Shown: positions 1 through 10,540 of the stretch, in pieces | Position numbering within the stretch: position 1 is the stretch's first letter | How the letters are laid out: every line of letters starts with the position of its first letter | Origin: Pseudomonadota bacterium | GTDB lineage: Bacteria > Desulfobacterota > Desulfobacteria > Desulfobacterales > JAHIVH01 | Direction of reading: 5' to 3' | Length of the DNA: 64,000 nt | Assembly: GCA_018816735.1 (NCBI GenBank) | Contig: JAHIVH010000016.1 | Span: 9-64,008, forward strand | Position numbers and translations under genes: made by a program | The notes under the pieces: generated by a model | The model's input: the letters and a program-made list of their open reading frames with translations, nothing else | Databases searched by the model: none | What the model was told of the DNA's origin: nothing

Positions 1-271
1 CTGAGGGGCAATCGACATTAAAGGGTTCGAGTTCATTAAAATCGAGATGCTCTGATCGTTCTGGTATAATTTTATTTTTTAACGTGACTCCTAATTCTTT
101 ATGAGTTCTTCTTTTTAATTTAGCATAGCCTTCATCTTTAAGGGTACGCTCAACTGTCCTTGAAGAAATTTTGATAGCGTCTTCGAAAAGACGATCTTGA
201 ATATCAGAAGCAGACAACCTCATTTTCCTATATTCAATAATTTTGTCTTGTACGTCAGGTATTGGCGTGAG
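1..271 (-). mobile_element. Putative transposase fragment (HTH region), runs off window edge, 5' end missing
   Basis: Not in ORF track. Minus strand reads open TPIPDVQDKIIEYRKMRLSASDIQDRLFEDAIKISSRTVERTLKDEGYAKLKRRTHKELG..., resembling the HTH/'GF.KL.RR' segment of IS transposases. Confidence 0.55.
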
Positions 272-287
272 AGTATTTACACGCCAA

Positions 288-1078
288 TATTCGGAAACAG
301 ATATGCTTCTTCTTTTTGAAGCAGATGAAGAAACCGGTCGCCTTGCCATTGAAATGAAAAAGCGGCATCCCTCCATGAAGGTGGTTCAAAGCGCGTCTCT
401 CTCGTCATCAATCGGTTCCCTTGTGGCAGTTGATGAAGGGCTTTCAGGTTCGCCATCGGTTATATTGGGTCAATTGAAAGACGCGTTAATTGAAATGGGC
501 GAAGGAATATCTCCTGATGATTCATGGTGCGAGACGTTATTGGCTGAAAAAAAGGTGCTTGAGGCGGAGATCATGAGTTCATTTGATGGACGATCCCTGT
601 TGTCCGGCCTTTTACTGCCATGAGAACGGTCAGTGAACTTATAAAGCCCCAGGACATGATTATCTGTGAAGGAGAACTTCTTTCAAAAATGGCCATGATC
701 CATCTTGAAAATGTCGGATTGCACAACATTATTTTTACCGGAGATTCACCAGTCCCAGGGGCGGGTTTGCCACTGTCGATTGGTGTGAAAATCGCAAGGC
801 CGGAAAGCCGGGTGTTTCTTTTTACAGATACAAGGAATCTTAAACGGCATCATCGGGAATTCCAGACAGCCAGCCGGTATCATCTTCCGGTGACCACATT
901 TTTGTTTCAGGGTAACAAGGAAAAACCTGACGAGGAAGTCGATTTTTCCATATTGTCCGAAAGTTTGGGCGTACCGTCCAGGCGGATTTCAGATCCTTCG
1001 GAATCATTGACGGCAAGTGAAGTTGAGTCTTCATTTGATTCCCTGAAAGGCATGCTTTTTGATATGTCATCCTGTTGA
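288..1078 (+). pseudogene. Thiamine-pyrophosphate-binding (acetolactate synthase-like) protein, C-terminal remnant with frameshift
   Basis: ORFs 243-623 and 620-1078 join if one T is added to the run at 610-613 (GLFTAMRTV). GAGLPLSIGVKIARPESRV and EFQTASRYHLPV match the TPP C-terminal domain. N-terminus absent. Confidence 0.6.
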
Positions 1079-1100
1079 TGGGTCGGTGTTGATTTGTTCC

Positions 1101-2491
1101 CTATAGCGAAAAATCAAAAGATTCGGGCCGCTCAAGTTTGACCGGAATATCAAAACCGTAATGATCTATATAGTCTTTATATCTCTTGTAAATCGTTTCT
1201 TTTCGAAATCCGTATTCTTCCAGAGTATACTTATGCCTGCCGTATTTACCCTGTTTATTGCTTTTCAGATAAATTTTCATTTTTTCTTCAAATTCATGGG
1301 TGTAATCCAGATCAAATTTCCGGTAAATTTTTTTTACTACCGCAATTGGGTCTGAAAACAATTCTTCATACACACAATCAAATATGTGTTCCTCTTTTTC
1401 TAAATTTTTTTTTCGATACGTGAAAGGCACCATGAAACATTTCTCAAAATGCGTCTGCTGAAATTGCCCAAATCGATATTTGTCAAAAGAATTTTTTTTA
1501 TCGAAAGGAAGCAGGAAAGACTCTGTAAGACGACAAAAGGATGGGAGGGTGACAACAGGGTTTCGATGGGTGAGGACGATTCGTGCGTCAGGGTATTCTT
1601 CAAAAATGGTGGGGAAATAATGCGCATAATTCGGGGCTTTAAGTGTCCAATGCGACTTTGCGGGGTGATAGGCATCGAGCATTGTAAAAAAAATCCGTTC
1701 GTAACGGAATACCGGATGCTTCCCTTGTAATTTGCAGAAGTCGTCTATATAGGTCTTTCCTGCGGTTACACTATTCATGGCAAATATCCCGTTATGGGCG
1801 AGCATATACATCAAAGACTCTTCTTTCTCGGTTGCGGACCACAAATGGGATTCTGCACATTTTCCATGAAACCTCGAGCCAATCGTGACATGATCGTCAC
1901 AGCGGAGCTGCTGCTATTAATCCTCCTGTCATTCAGCGGATTGGCTTTGGATGTCAGTGGCGGGATGGGAATTTCCATCTCAAAAGTATAAGGCGAACGC
2001 GTATTGGGATCTTCACTCATCAAACGATGCAACAGGGTTGTGCCTGACCGGGGTGGGCCCGTTATGATAACAGGGGCCTTAAGTTTTCCGTTGGCTTCTA
2101 TAAAGGTCTTGTTCGCATGATAGTATTGAAGTACCTTTTTCCGATTTTTTAACCAGTTCAGTACTATTTTTTTAAGCAGGAATCTGCCAACAGGAGATAG
2201 AAACGGGTTGTTATCAAATCCATCACAAAACGATATAATGAGGTCTCTGATATCATTTATCTCCTCTTTTGTTCCCACATAATGATCCAGATGACCAGCG
2301 CTATCGAATTCCTTCAGCAAGGTTTTCTTCAGCCTGAACGCCTGAGAATTGAATGCACGATATATGGCGTCTATCCATTCAACAGGTTTCAACACAGAAG
2401 AGTACTTAACATGATTGTTTGGAAAACGTTCCATGGGAATGTCTTTGCCATTTTGAGGAAACTGTCCGTAATAATTGGAAAAATCAGGCAT
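1101..2491 (-). pseudogene. Sulfotransferase family protein split by a 1-bp frameshift
   Basis: PAPS-binding motif ITGPPRSGTT in the upstream ORF. KAPNY and LTHRNPV in the downstream ORF. Adding one A to the run at 1860-1863 restores FMEKCAESHLWSATE. ATG 2491 overlaps the MMPL 3' end. Confidence 0.75.
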
Positions 2492-4949
2492 TTTTCTGCA
2501 TTCCTTTTTTCCTGCGTTTATTATTGCCACCGGTAGCAAGGACCATCAATGCCGGTGCGACAAAAAAATCAGCCAGCAATGCCAGTATTAAGGTGAATCC
2601 TGTCAGCATTCCAAAGGTAGAGATATTATTCATGCTGGCAAATATAAAAATAAAGAAACCGGTTGAAAGGACACAGGTTGTAATTAACATCGCGTGACCG
2701 GCAGTATTAAGGGCCTCCATGACAGCAAACACCGGATCATTTTTTATTTCATAATATTTTCTAAAATTGTGCATAAAATGGATGGTATCATCTACGGCAA
2801 GGCCAATGGCAATACTGCCGATCAACATGTTAAATGGGCCTAAATATATTTTTAGCCAGCCCATGATGCCTAATATGACAGCGATAGGCAACAGGTTGGG
2901 TATCATGCTTAGAATGCCCAATTTGATGTCACCGATTAAAAGAATCATTAGGATCGATATAACGATAAATGCCACAATATAACTGCGGGCCATGCTGGTG
3001 GCTGTATTGACAAGTGTTCTGCAAAAAAGGGGGATCATGCCGGTCAGAACATACTTGGCATCTGGAAAGGTCTCCTGAAAATAGTGATTGATAGAATCTA
3101 AGAAATCCATATAGAGAAAAGCATCATTTAATGGGAAGATCATGGTCAATCGGGCTTTTTTAAACTGCTCGTCCGTAAAATATTCCAGGTCGGTGGAACC
3201 TCTGTTTTCAAAAAGAAGAAATTCCTGGGAAATCAAATATTCATCCCCGGGTATCGCATAAGACACTTTTTCATTGTTATTCAGGGCCCGATTGATTTCC
3301 TTTAGAATGGCAGTAACAGACCAGGCTTTTCCGATATAGATGTCACCTGATTTTAAATTTTCGAGGTATGCTGTCGATTGGTCCAGTTTTTTCAGTGTGA
3401 CGGGATCATGAAGGCCATTTTTTTTACCGGTATCTATAACAATTTCCGAATACATTGATCCGTGCATATTTTTATCAATGGTTTCAGTTGCAACACGAAT
3501 GGGGTTATCCCTGGGGAGCCACTTTGTAGAATTATAAGCAAATCGGAGCCTTGTTAGACCGATAGATGCAAAAAAAAGGATAACCAGAGAAACAGTCAAT
3601 ACGCGAAGGGGATATTTGACCGCAATCGTTCCTGCTTTTGTTATCAGGGGATCAATGATGTTCACTTTGACTCGTGTTTTTTTATGTATAACAGGTTTTA
3701 AGGGGATGAGTGCAATAAGTGCAGGCAAAAGAAATATTGTGTAAAAAAAAGCAATTAAAACACCGATGCTTCCATATATGCCCAAGTCTATGATAGGCGC
3801 GATTTTCGCTGTTGACAGGGACAAAAGGCCGCCTGCTGTTGTAATTGAAGTCATCAGAATCGCTAACCCTGAATGACCAAAAGCATAAATAATCGCCGCC
3901 TCTTTATTGTTGCTTTTATTGAAGTGCTGAAAAAAAATCGCAAGAATATGCACGGCATCCCCCATGCCAACAGCAAGCAGGAAGGAAGGTAAAATAGATG
4001 TGGGCAATTTGAGAACTGCGCCGGTAGCGGCCATGATTCCTATCGTTGATAAAAGTGAGAGATATACGACTAAAAGAGGCAACACAACACCTGACATTCT
4101 TAAAAATATCGCATAAAGAAAGATGGATATGGTGACGATGGTTAACCCCATAAATAGTGTCATATCATGCGTCGTGTCAGCGTTTAAAAAATATTGTAAT
4201 ACTGGCGAACCGGTGAGATAAATTTTTATTGTGGGGGATTTATGTGTTTCAATACTATCAATAACGGCTTTGATAGCTTCGTTGGTTTGTGCTTCGGTTA
4301 TCAGATCAACATTCCCGGTATTATTTTTATTCGCCGATGGTTTTGCTAAGTCGGCATCCATAGCGATATCTTCACCAAACCCATCTAAATTATTTTCTTT
4401 TTTATCGTTCGGAAGATATACTTGGGTTTTTATGATAATGGTTGTATAGGTGTCGTCATCGGAGATCAGAAGATTTCGATAAAGCGGATTTTCAGAAATT
4501 CGGTTTTTTAAAACCAAAAGGTCTTCAGGTGTTTCTGGCCAGTGTTCAAAAAGTTCTTCCACAATCAACTGATTGTCATTGCCCCGAATATTTCTGGCGT
4601 TAATCAGGCTCGTGACCTCTTCCACATAAGGCACATTTTCTTTGATATCGGTATGAAGTGCCTTCAGTTGCCGTAAAAAATTCAGATCGTAAACATTTTT
4701 TGTATGGATCGCGACGATGATCCGTTCGTCACGGCCGAATTCCTTACGAAAATCATTGTACACCAAAAGGTCAGGATCATTTTTTTGCAACATCCCTTCA
4801 AGCGATGTATCAATTGTAATTTTAGGGAGATAAAATAAGGTTGGGAGTATCACAACAAACATGATGACACATGTTTTAACCGGATGATGATATCCGGTAA
4901 ACGCGATATTTTTAAACCATTTTTCAATCGTTAACCTGAAACTGGACAT
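2484..4949 (-). CDS. MMPL/RND-superfamily transporter
   Basis: 821 aa with two repeats of periplasmic domain plus TM bundle. Motifs GMGDAVHIL and IGLAVDDTIHF. Confidence 0.9.
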   Translation of the reverse strand: MSSFRLTIEKWFKNIAFTGYHHPVKTCVIMFVVILPTLFYLPKITIDTSLEGMLQKNDPDLLVYNDFRKEFGRDERIIVAIHTKNVYDLNFLRQLKALHTDIKENVPYVEEVTSLINARNIRGNDNQLIVEELFEHWPETPEDLLVLKNRISENPLYRNLLISDDDTYTTIIIKTQVYLPNDKKENNLDGFGEDIAMDADLAKPSANKNNTGNVDLITEAQTNEAIKAVIDSIETHKSPTIKIYLTGSPVLQYFLNADTTHDMTLFMGLTIVTISIFLYAIFLRMSGVVLPLLVVYLSLLSTIGIMAATGAVLKLPTSILPSFLLAVGMGDAVHILAIFFQHFNKSNNKEAAIIYAFGHSGLAILMTSITTAGGLLSLSTAKIAPIIDLGIYGSIGVLIAFFYTIFLLPALIALIPLKPVIHKKTRVKVNIIDPLITKAGTIAVKYPLRVLTVSLVILFFASIGLTRLRFAYNSTKWLPRDNPIRVATETIDKNMHGSMYSEIVIDTGKKNGLHDPVTLKKLDQSTAYLENLKSGDIYIGKAWSVTAILKEINRALNNNEKVSYAIPGDEYLISQEFLLFENRGSTDLEYFTDEQFKKARLTMIFPLNDAFLYMDFLDSINHYFQETFPDAKYVLTGMIPLFCRTLVNTATSMARSYIVAFIVISILMILLIGDIKLGILSMIPNLLPIAVILGIMGWLKIYLGPFNMLIGSIAIGLAVDDTIHFMHNFRKYYEIKNDPVFAVMEALNTAGHAMLITTCVLSTGFFIFIFASMNNISTFGMLTGFTLILALLADFFVAPALMVLATGGNNKRRKKGMQKNA

Positions 4950-5435
4950 GATTTGACGGTTGACTCCCTGATCGTATCTACTGTACAGTCTGTAATATAT
5001 TTTAGAGATTTATAAACATTATTGATCGTGGGTGTCAACCTAAAAATATAAAATGTCGTGTGATGCCTGAGGCCGGATTGCGAAACGCCCAAACCGGATA
5101 ATATTGTTCGAATTAGACAACAAAGACGTATTTCAGACATGAAGATTGCTATTGGCCGGCGGAACTGTTATTAACCCTGCAGTTGCATAAAAAATGCGAT
5201 GAAGTGATTGTAAACCTTGGGAAACGTTATTTTACACGAAAAAAACATCATTTCTGAAATCAACCGTAAATGTCATCCAGAAATGGATGAGCCTGTCTTT
5301 TGACACAAGCATCTTTGGGAAAAAAAGTGGGGTCTTCCTCTAAGCCCTTGATGATTCCGGATGTATATTGGCGTGGCCCAATGAGTTTGCTTATATTTTT
5401 TAAAATATATTTACACTGTGTACATTTGTTAAAAA

Positions 5436-6347
5436 TCACCTGATAAAATCGATGTAATATCGGGCGGTTTCCGCAGGCCTCTCTATCATAGGAACATGTC
5501 CGCACTTCTTCATGATAATGACCTGGGAGTCGTCAATCCCTTTATCGAGAACTTCAGCGCTGGAAGCAGGGAATACCTTGTCCATATCTCCCCATATAAT
5601 CAGGGTTTTTGCATGTATATCCATCATTTTTCTTTCAAGCTGGTCTGCAGGTCTCGCTTCGGCAAACACTTTTTGATAGAATTCTTTTCTCTTCACGGCC
5701 TTGTCACCCAGATAATTTTTTACCATGCCCGGAATAAAGGGCGGATTCTCAAAAACAAAATTGATAAAATTTTTGTATTCAGATGCCTCAGAAACAACAA
5801 GAGGATTCTTTCCCTTTTTTAGCGCTATGGTGAGTTGGCTCATTTCGCGGTCAAGCACGCCGCCCGGATCAATGAGGCCCAGGCTTAAAACATCATCGGG
5901 ATAGGTTGCTGCATAAACGCCCGAGATCAATCCACCCATGGAATTTCCGGCAATATGAAATTTTGTCATGCCGATGGCCCTGGTAAATTCATGAATCCGT
6001 TTAACCTGAGAGTCTATGTCATACTGTTCGTTCATCAGCATGGTACTATCTCCGAATCCTGGAAGGTCAGGGGCCACAATATGATATGATCCCTTGAGGT
6101 AACGCGCAAAGCGGATCCAGTTGTCTTTGTCTGCGCCGAATCCGTGAAGAAGCAGAACAGATGTACCCGTGCCCCCTTCGAGATACGCTATGGCGAACTT
6201 GTCGATATGAACAGATTTCTCCTGCAACCCGGCCAGTTTTCTCCTGGCTGTGCTGTCCATGTTATATAGGCCTGAGGCACAGGCGCTCAAAAGGAGCAGA
6301 AAACTTACCATGGGCACTATCAGTATCTTATTTGTTTTAAAGGTCAT
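5436..6347 (-). CDS. Alpha/beta hydrolase (lipase/esterase), predicted lipoprotein
   Basis: HGFG oxyanion motif, GNSMG nucleophile elbow, lipobox LSAC. ATG 6347 preceded by GAGG. Confidence 0.85.
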   Translation of the reverse strand: MTFKTNKILIVPMVSFLLLLSACASGLYNMDSTARRKLAGLQEKSVHIDKFAIAYLEGGTGTSVLLLHGFGADKDNWIRFARYLKGSYHIVAPDLPGFGDSTMLMNEQYDIDSQVKRIHEFTRAIGMTKFHIAGNSMGGLISGVYAATYPDDVLSLGLIDPGGVLDREMSQLTIALKKGKNPLVVSEASEYKNFINFVFENPPFIPGMVKNYLGDKAVKRKEFYQKVFAEARPADQLERKMMDIHAKTLIIWGDMDKVFPASSAEVLDKGIDDSQVIIMKKCGHVPMIERPAETARYYIDFIR

Positions 6348-6365
6348 CGTGATCCTCATTGATAC

Positions 6366-6399
6366 AAAAGGCAATCCACATCATGACGGATTGCCTTTT
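6366..6399. terminator. Rho-independent terminator downstream of the MaoC gene
   Basis: AAAAGGCAATCC-N10-GGATTGCCTTTT perfect inverted repeat with T tails on both strands. Confidence 0.7.
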
Positions 6400-6425
6400 A
6401 CCGTTTTATATATGCCACACTCAGA

Positions 6426-6884
6426 TTAAACGAAATACATCATCAGCCATTCAGCCACAAGGGAGGGTTTCTCCTTTCCTTCCACCTGCACCGTATGGGT
6501 GACGGTCATTAAAACCTTTCCATTGGATTTTTCTTCAATGCTCGTCAACTGCATGGTGTCCTGAATTTTTGATCCGGATGGCACAGGGTCTACAAAGCGG
6601 ACTTTGTTGAATCCGTAATTAATGGCCGCTTTTATCCCTTCAGGCATCCATGTGCCTTCGGACGCCATTCGGGTCAGCAGGGAAAGGGTCAGGAATCCAT
6701 GCGCGATGGTTGTGCCAAACGGACCTTGTTTTGCCAGTTCTTCGTCCACATGAATAAACTGGTGATCATCCGTGCAATCTGCGAATTGATTGATTCGTTC
6801 CTGACTGATTACCATCCATTCGCTTTTCTTTTCTTCACCAATGCATTCTTTAAGTTTGTCTAATGGCAATACCGTGATCGACAT
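6426..6884 (-). CDS. MaoC/NodN family dehydratase
   Basis: FADCTDDHQFIHVD and TIAHGFLTLSL hotdog-fold motifs. Confidence 0.92.
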   Translation of the reverse strand: MSITVLPLDKLKECIGEEKKSEWMVISQERINQFADCTDDHQFIHVDEELAKQGPFGTTIAHGFLTLSLLTRMASEGTWMPEGIKAAINYGFNKVRFVDPVPSGSKIQDTMQLTSIEEKSNGKVLMTVTHTVQVEGKEKPSLVAEWLMMYFV

Positions 6885-7049
6885 TTTTGTTCCTCCTCCT
6901 TATATGGTTTAGATTTTTTTTAATGGACTTTATGTGTCCTGATCGTATTTAGTCAAGCATAAATCACGTTAACCTCCTGAATATCGGTTTTTCTCCTGGG
7001 GGCATATCTGAATGGGCAGTTTGACCGGGGCATAAATAAACAAAAAAGT

Positions 7050-7913
7050 CTATTTCCATCGTTTGTGTACCCATATCCATTGTTCCGGGTGTTGTCTGAT
7101 GAACGCTTCAATAACATCATTGAATTTTTGGGTTGAAAAAAGAACGGTTTCATCCTTTGTGCTTCCGGTGACCAATGGAATTTCAGGGCCAGAGGTCAGA
7201 TAATGGATGCCATCCTCCCGCCAGTTAAATACAGGCACCACTGGTGTGCCGGTTTTCACGGCGATCATGGCCACCGCCTTCATGGTCGATGCCGGGCGGT
7301 TGAAAAAATTGACATTGACCCCTTTATTGCCACCCATATGCTGATCAAATATCATTCCGATGATTTTATTCTGCTTGAGCAGTCTTAAAATGGCGAACAA
7401 TGATTTTTTTTTGGGGAGAAATTTAACGCCCTTGTCTTCCCTGATTTTCTGCCAGTATTCGTTGATGGATTTGTTCCGGATCTTTTTGGTGATGATATAC
7501 GTGTCAAAGCCTGCGATTGACTGAGCGATGGCCATCAAATCGAAATTCCCGTAATGACCGCAGATGACAATGAGTCCCTTTCCTTTTAAAAGCGCCTTTT
7601 CAATATGGCTTGTGTCCAGAATTTTAATTCTTTTTTCAAGGTCGTCTCTGTCCAGTCCGGGGAGGCGCAGGAATTCCACAAGGTAAATGCCATAGTGGAT
7701 AAAATTGTCTCTTGCCAGGCGAAGAATTTCCGCTTCGCTTTTTTCCTGGGAAAACGCCTTTCGCAGGTTATCGATAACGAGGCTTCTTCTGTACCGGATG
7801 ACGTGAAACCAGAAAAGGCCCAGTTTTTTTCCGAAGCTAAGCGCCGTGTTTTCCGGTATCCTTTGAAATATATATAAGACTGCTCTGATGAGAATGACCT
7901 GAATATGCTTCAT
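7050..7913 (-). CDS. Lipid A late acyltransferase (LpxL/HtrB family)
   Basis: GHYGNFD (HX4D), MIFDQ, C-terminal PEQWIWVHKRWK. Confidence 0.88.
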   Translation of the reverse strand: MKHIQVILIRAVLYIFQRIPENTALSFGKKLGLFWFHVIRYRRSLVIDNLRKAFSQEKSEAEILRLARDNFIHYGIYLVEFLRLPGLDRDDLEKRIKILDTSHIEKALLKGKGLIVICGHYGNFDLMAIAQSIAGFDTYIITKKIRNKSINEYWQKIREDKGVKFLPKKKSLFAILRLLKQNKIIGMIFDQHMGGNKGVNVNFFNRPASTMKAVAMIAVKTGTPVVPVFNWREDGIHYLTSGPEIPLVTGSTKDETVLFSTQKFNDVIEAFIRQHPEQWIWVHKRWK

Positions 7914-7944
7914 TGTTTGCCGTATTTGAAATGGTATTTGTCAA

Positions 7945-8562
7945 TCAAAGGTTAATGACATGATCTGCAACCTGCAGGGATGTTATGATATCAAGCATAT
8001 TTGTTGTTTCACCCACCTGCTTTTTTTCAAGAAGGTTGAAATGAGTCAAACATGTGCCGCAGACCAGAATGCTGACGCCTTTTTCCTCAAGCTCTTTCAG
8101 ATGGGGAAGCGATTCCGCACCTTCAATGGCAAGCTTGACACCGCTGTTGACACAAACAATACGCCACAGCTCATTTCCCATTTCTTTTAATGTGGAAATG
8201 AAGCTTTTCATCAGTTTTTGGCCCAGATCATCATCACCATGCCCCATCCGGTCCGAGCTGATCATCACCAGGATTTGGGAGCTGTTCCTGTCTGTTCCGG
8301 CCATATCCGCTTCCTGCTGACCTGCTGTGCCCGGTCCTCTTTTTCCGACTATTTTGATATCATTTCCCTCTGTTGTCACCGTTGTTTGAAATTTCCGGAA
8401 TTCAAGAAATCGGACCACATTTTGTCTGGCGGCCTCGTTATCAACGGTTATCTGAATCATTTCAGGATCTTCCTTGTCGATCATCGCCTTGGTCTGCAAT
8501 ACAGGCGTCGGGCAGGCAAGCCCTCTGGCATCGATGGTTTTCATTTGGTTATCTCCATCCAT
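7945..8562 (-). CDS. yedF: Selenium metabolism protein YedF (SirA/TusA plus DsrE-like domains)
   Basis: IDARGLACPTPV N-terminus, CGTCL and TTNMLDI C-terminus, directly downstream of selD. Confidence 0.9.
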   Translation of the reverse strand: MDGDNQMKTIDARGLACPTPVLQTKAMIDKEDPEMIQITVDNEAARQNVVRFLEFRKFQTTVTTEGNDIKIVGKRGPGTAGQQEADMAGTDRNSSQILVMISSDRMGHGDDDLGQKLMKSFISTLKEMGNELWRIVCVNSGVKLAIEGAESLPHLKELEEKGVSILVCGTCLTHFNLLEKKQVGETTNMLDIITSLQVADHVINL

Positions 8563-8564
8563 TT

Positions 8565-9614
8565 TTATTTAACGTGTATCATTCCTTTTTTCCCGGTGTT
8601 GATATACCCGACAATGGCTGCGGTGTCCATACTGTTTTGCCGAAGCCGGGAAAGAAGTTCATCTGCATGGGAGGGCGGCAGCGCAATCAGAAGACCTCCG
8701 GATGTCTGGGGGTCAAACAGAATATCGCGGGTCACCGGATCAATTTCCTCTGAAAATTGAACCATGGATTCTCTGAATTCCCGGTTTTTATAAGCGCCTC
8801 CAGGAACAAAGCCCATGGATGCGAATTCTATTGCTTCAGGTATGACGGGAATATCTTCCCTTTGGATCACAGCCCCCATATTAGAACCCCAGATCATTTC
8901 GGCAAGGTGTCCCAAAAAGCCGAATCCCGTAATATCCGTGCAGGCATGGACAGGAAATGCCGACATGATTTCGGCCGCGTTTTTGTTGAGCATGGCCATC
9001 TGACGGGTAACTTTTTCAATGACATCATCTGGCGCCAGACCGCCTTTTATGGCTGTATTGATGATGCCTGTGCCAAGCGGTTTGGTAAGAATCAGTTTGT
9101 CACCCGGTTTCATGTTGTGTTTGGTTAATATGCGATCCGGATGAATCAGACCGGTTATGGACAACCCGTATTTCAGTTCATTGTCTTCAATGCTGTGGCC
9201 ACCGATTAAAACAACGCCGGCCTCTTTCAGCTTGTCAATGCCGCCTCTAATGATTTCCCTTAAAACGGAAACCGGCATTGTTTTAATCGGAAACGCCACA
9301 AGATTCATGGCGGTTTTGGGCACACCGCCCATGGCATAGACATCGGAGAGCGCATTTGCAGCCGCAATCTGGCCAAACCAGTAGGGATCATCCACAATGG
9401 GTGTAAAAAAGTCCACGGTCTGAATCAGGGCGATATCGTCTGTAATTTTATACACGCCTGCGTCGTCTGCCCGATCCAGGCCAACAATCACATTCGGGTC
9501 TGTTGGAAATTCAATCCCGCATAATGCCTTGGCCAGGTCCCCTGGCGCCAGTTTGGACGCTCACCCTGCGCCGGTTACGGTTCGGGTGAGAAAAAGTCTG
9601 TTTTCAGATGACAT
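8565..9614 (-). CDS. selD: Selenide, water dikinase (selenophosphate synthetase), selenocysteine-containing
   Basis: Extending the ORF upstream in frame gives MSSENRLFLTRTVTGAG-UGA-ASKLAPGDL, with UGA (9563-9561) at the catalytic C/U position. Also DDAGVY, TVDFFTP, LFDPQTSGGLL. Confidence 0.95.
9532..9546 (-). promoter_or_regulatory. Candidate bacterial SECIS apical hairpin in selD mRNA
   Basis: GCCAGG-GGA-CCUGGC stem-loop starting 14 nt after the in-frame UGA, G-led loop. Confidence 0.7.
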
Positions 9615-9709
9615 GTTTTCCATTCCCTTGTATGATGCATTGCCGTTTCAACTCGATATATGACATATCTTTACAGGTCATATAAAGCACATGAAGATAT
9701 GTCAAAATA

Positions 9710-10378
9710 TCAGTTCAACTCTTTTTTCAGGTTATCTGAACCCGCACACATGATATCTTCAAGTGACTTTCTCTGGGCCTCAAATTCTTCCGGTGTTTCC
9801 GGTGTATCAAATTTGATCATTTCCCCGTATCGGAGAATGACTTTTGAAAATGGTTTGGGAAGCATGAACTTATCCCAACTTTTGAAATACCAGGCATTGT
9901 CCGATGCAGTGTAAAAGGGAACAATCACGGCATTTGATTCATGGGCCATGCGGAGTACGCCTGCTTTAACCTTGAATGCCGGTCCTTGAGGCCCGTCAAC
10001 GATATGGGCGGCAAGCCGGTTCTCTTTCATGTGATCGATCATCATTTTTAGCGCTGCTATGCCACCCCGTGTGGACGATCCCCGAACCGTCACCCATCCG
10101 GTCCGTTTTGCAACCCCTGCAATGATTTCACCATCACGGCTCTGACTGATCATCAGGCCGGGTTTGTAGTGTCGGTAACCCCTGAAATAGCGGATCGCTG
10201 AAACAAACTGTTGATGATAGACACACAAAATAACAGCCCCCCCTTTTTTGTAATGATCCAGCCATTGTTTTTCATTTTCAACCCTGAAACGGAACAGTGA
10301 GGAATACAACCGGATGAAATGGTATAGTAATGTTTGCATCAGCCCTGAATAATACAGTTTCTTTTTAATCGCCCGCAT
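9710..10378 (-). CDS. DUF374 / lysophospholipid acyltransferase family (LpxJ-like)
   Basis: MISQSRDGEII, VRGSSTRGG, VDGPQGP, SWDKFMLPKPFS motifs. Confidence 0.85.
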   Translation of the reverse strand: MRAIKKKLYYSGLMQTLLYHFIRLYSSLFRFRVENEKQWLDHYKKGGAVILCVYHQQFVSAIRYFRGYRHYKPGLMISQSRDGEIIAGVAKRTGWVTVRGSSTRGGIAALKMMIDHMKENRLAAHIVDGPQGPAFKVKAGVLRMAHESNAVIVPFYTASDNAWYFKSWDKFMLPKPFSKVILRYGEMIKFDTPETPEEFEAQRKSLEDIMCAGSDNLKKELN

Positions 10379-10540
10379 GTTGCTCCTGACCCGGCCAAAT
10401 GGAATACGTTACGGAAGGAAATATTTATTGTAAGCAGATTGTCGACAATGCCAAATTGGTGAATAAAACATGTAATTGCTTGATGATCAAGTTTTTTTAC
10501 AGTTTTTTAACATGGAATACCATGGTGCAAAGCAGCGGTT

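Noticed and set aside
1811-1863. Programmed frameshift or UGA recoding in the sulfotransferase
   Set aside because: Only a 4-nt run with no slippery heptamer or stimulator. A simple 1-bp loss explains it
4950-5430. Small ORFs 4931-5140 and 5260-5505
   Set aside because: No motifs or RBS. Could be decayed sequence but I cannot assign it
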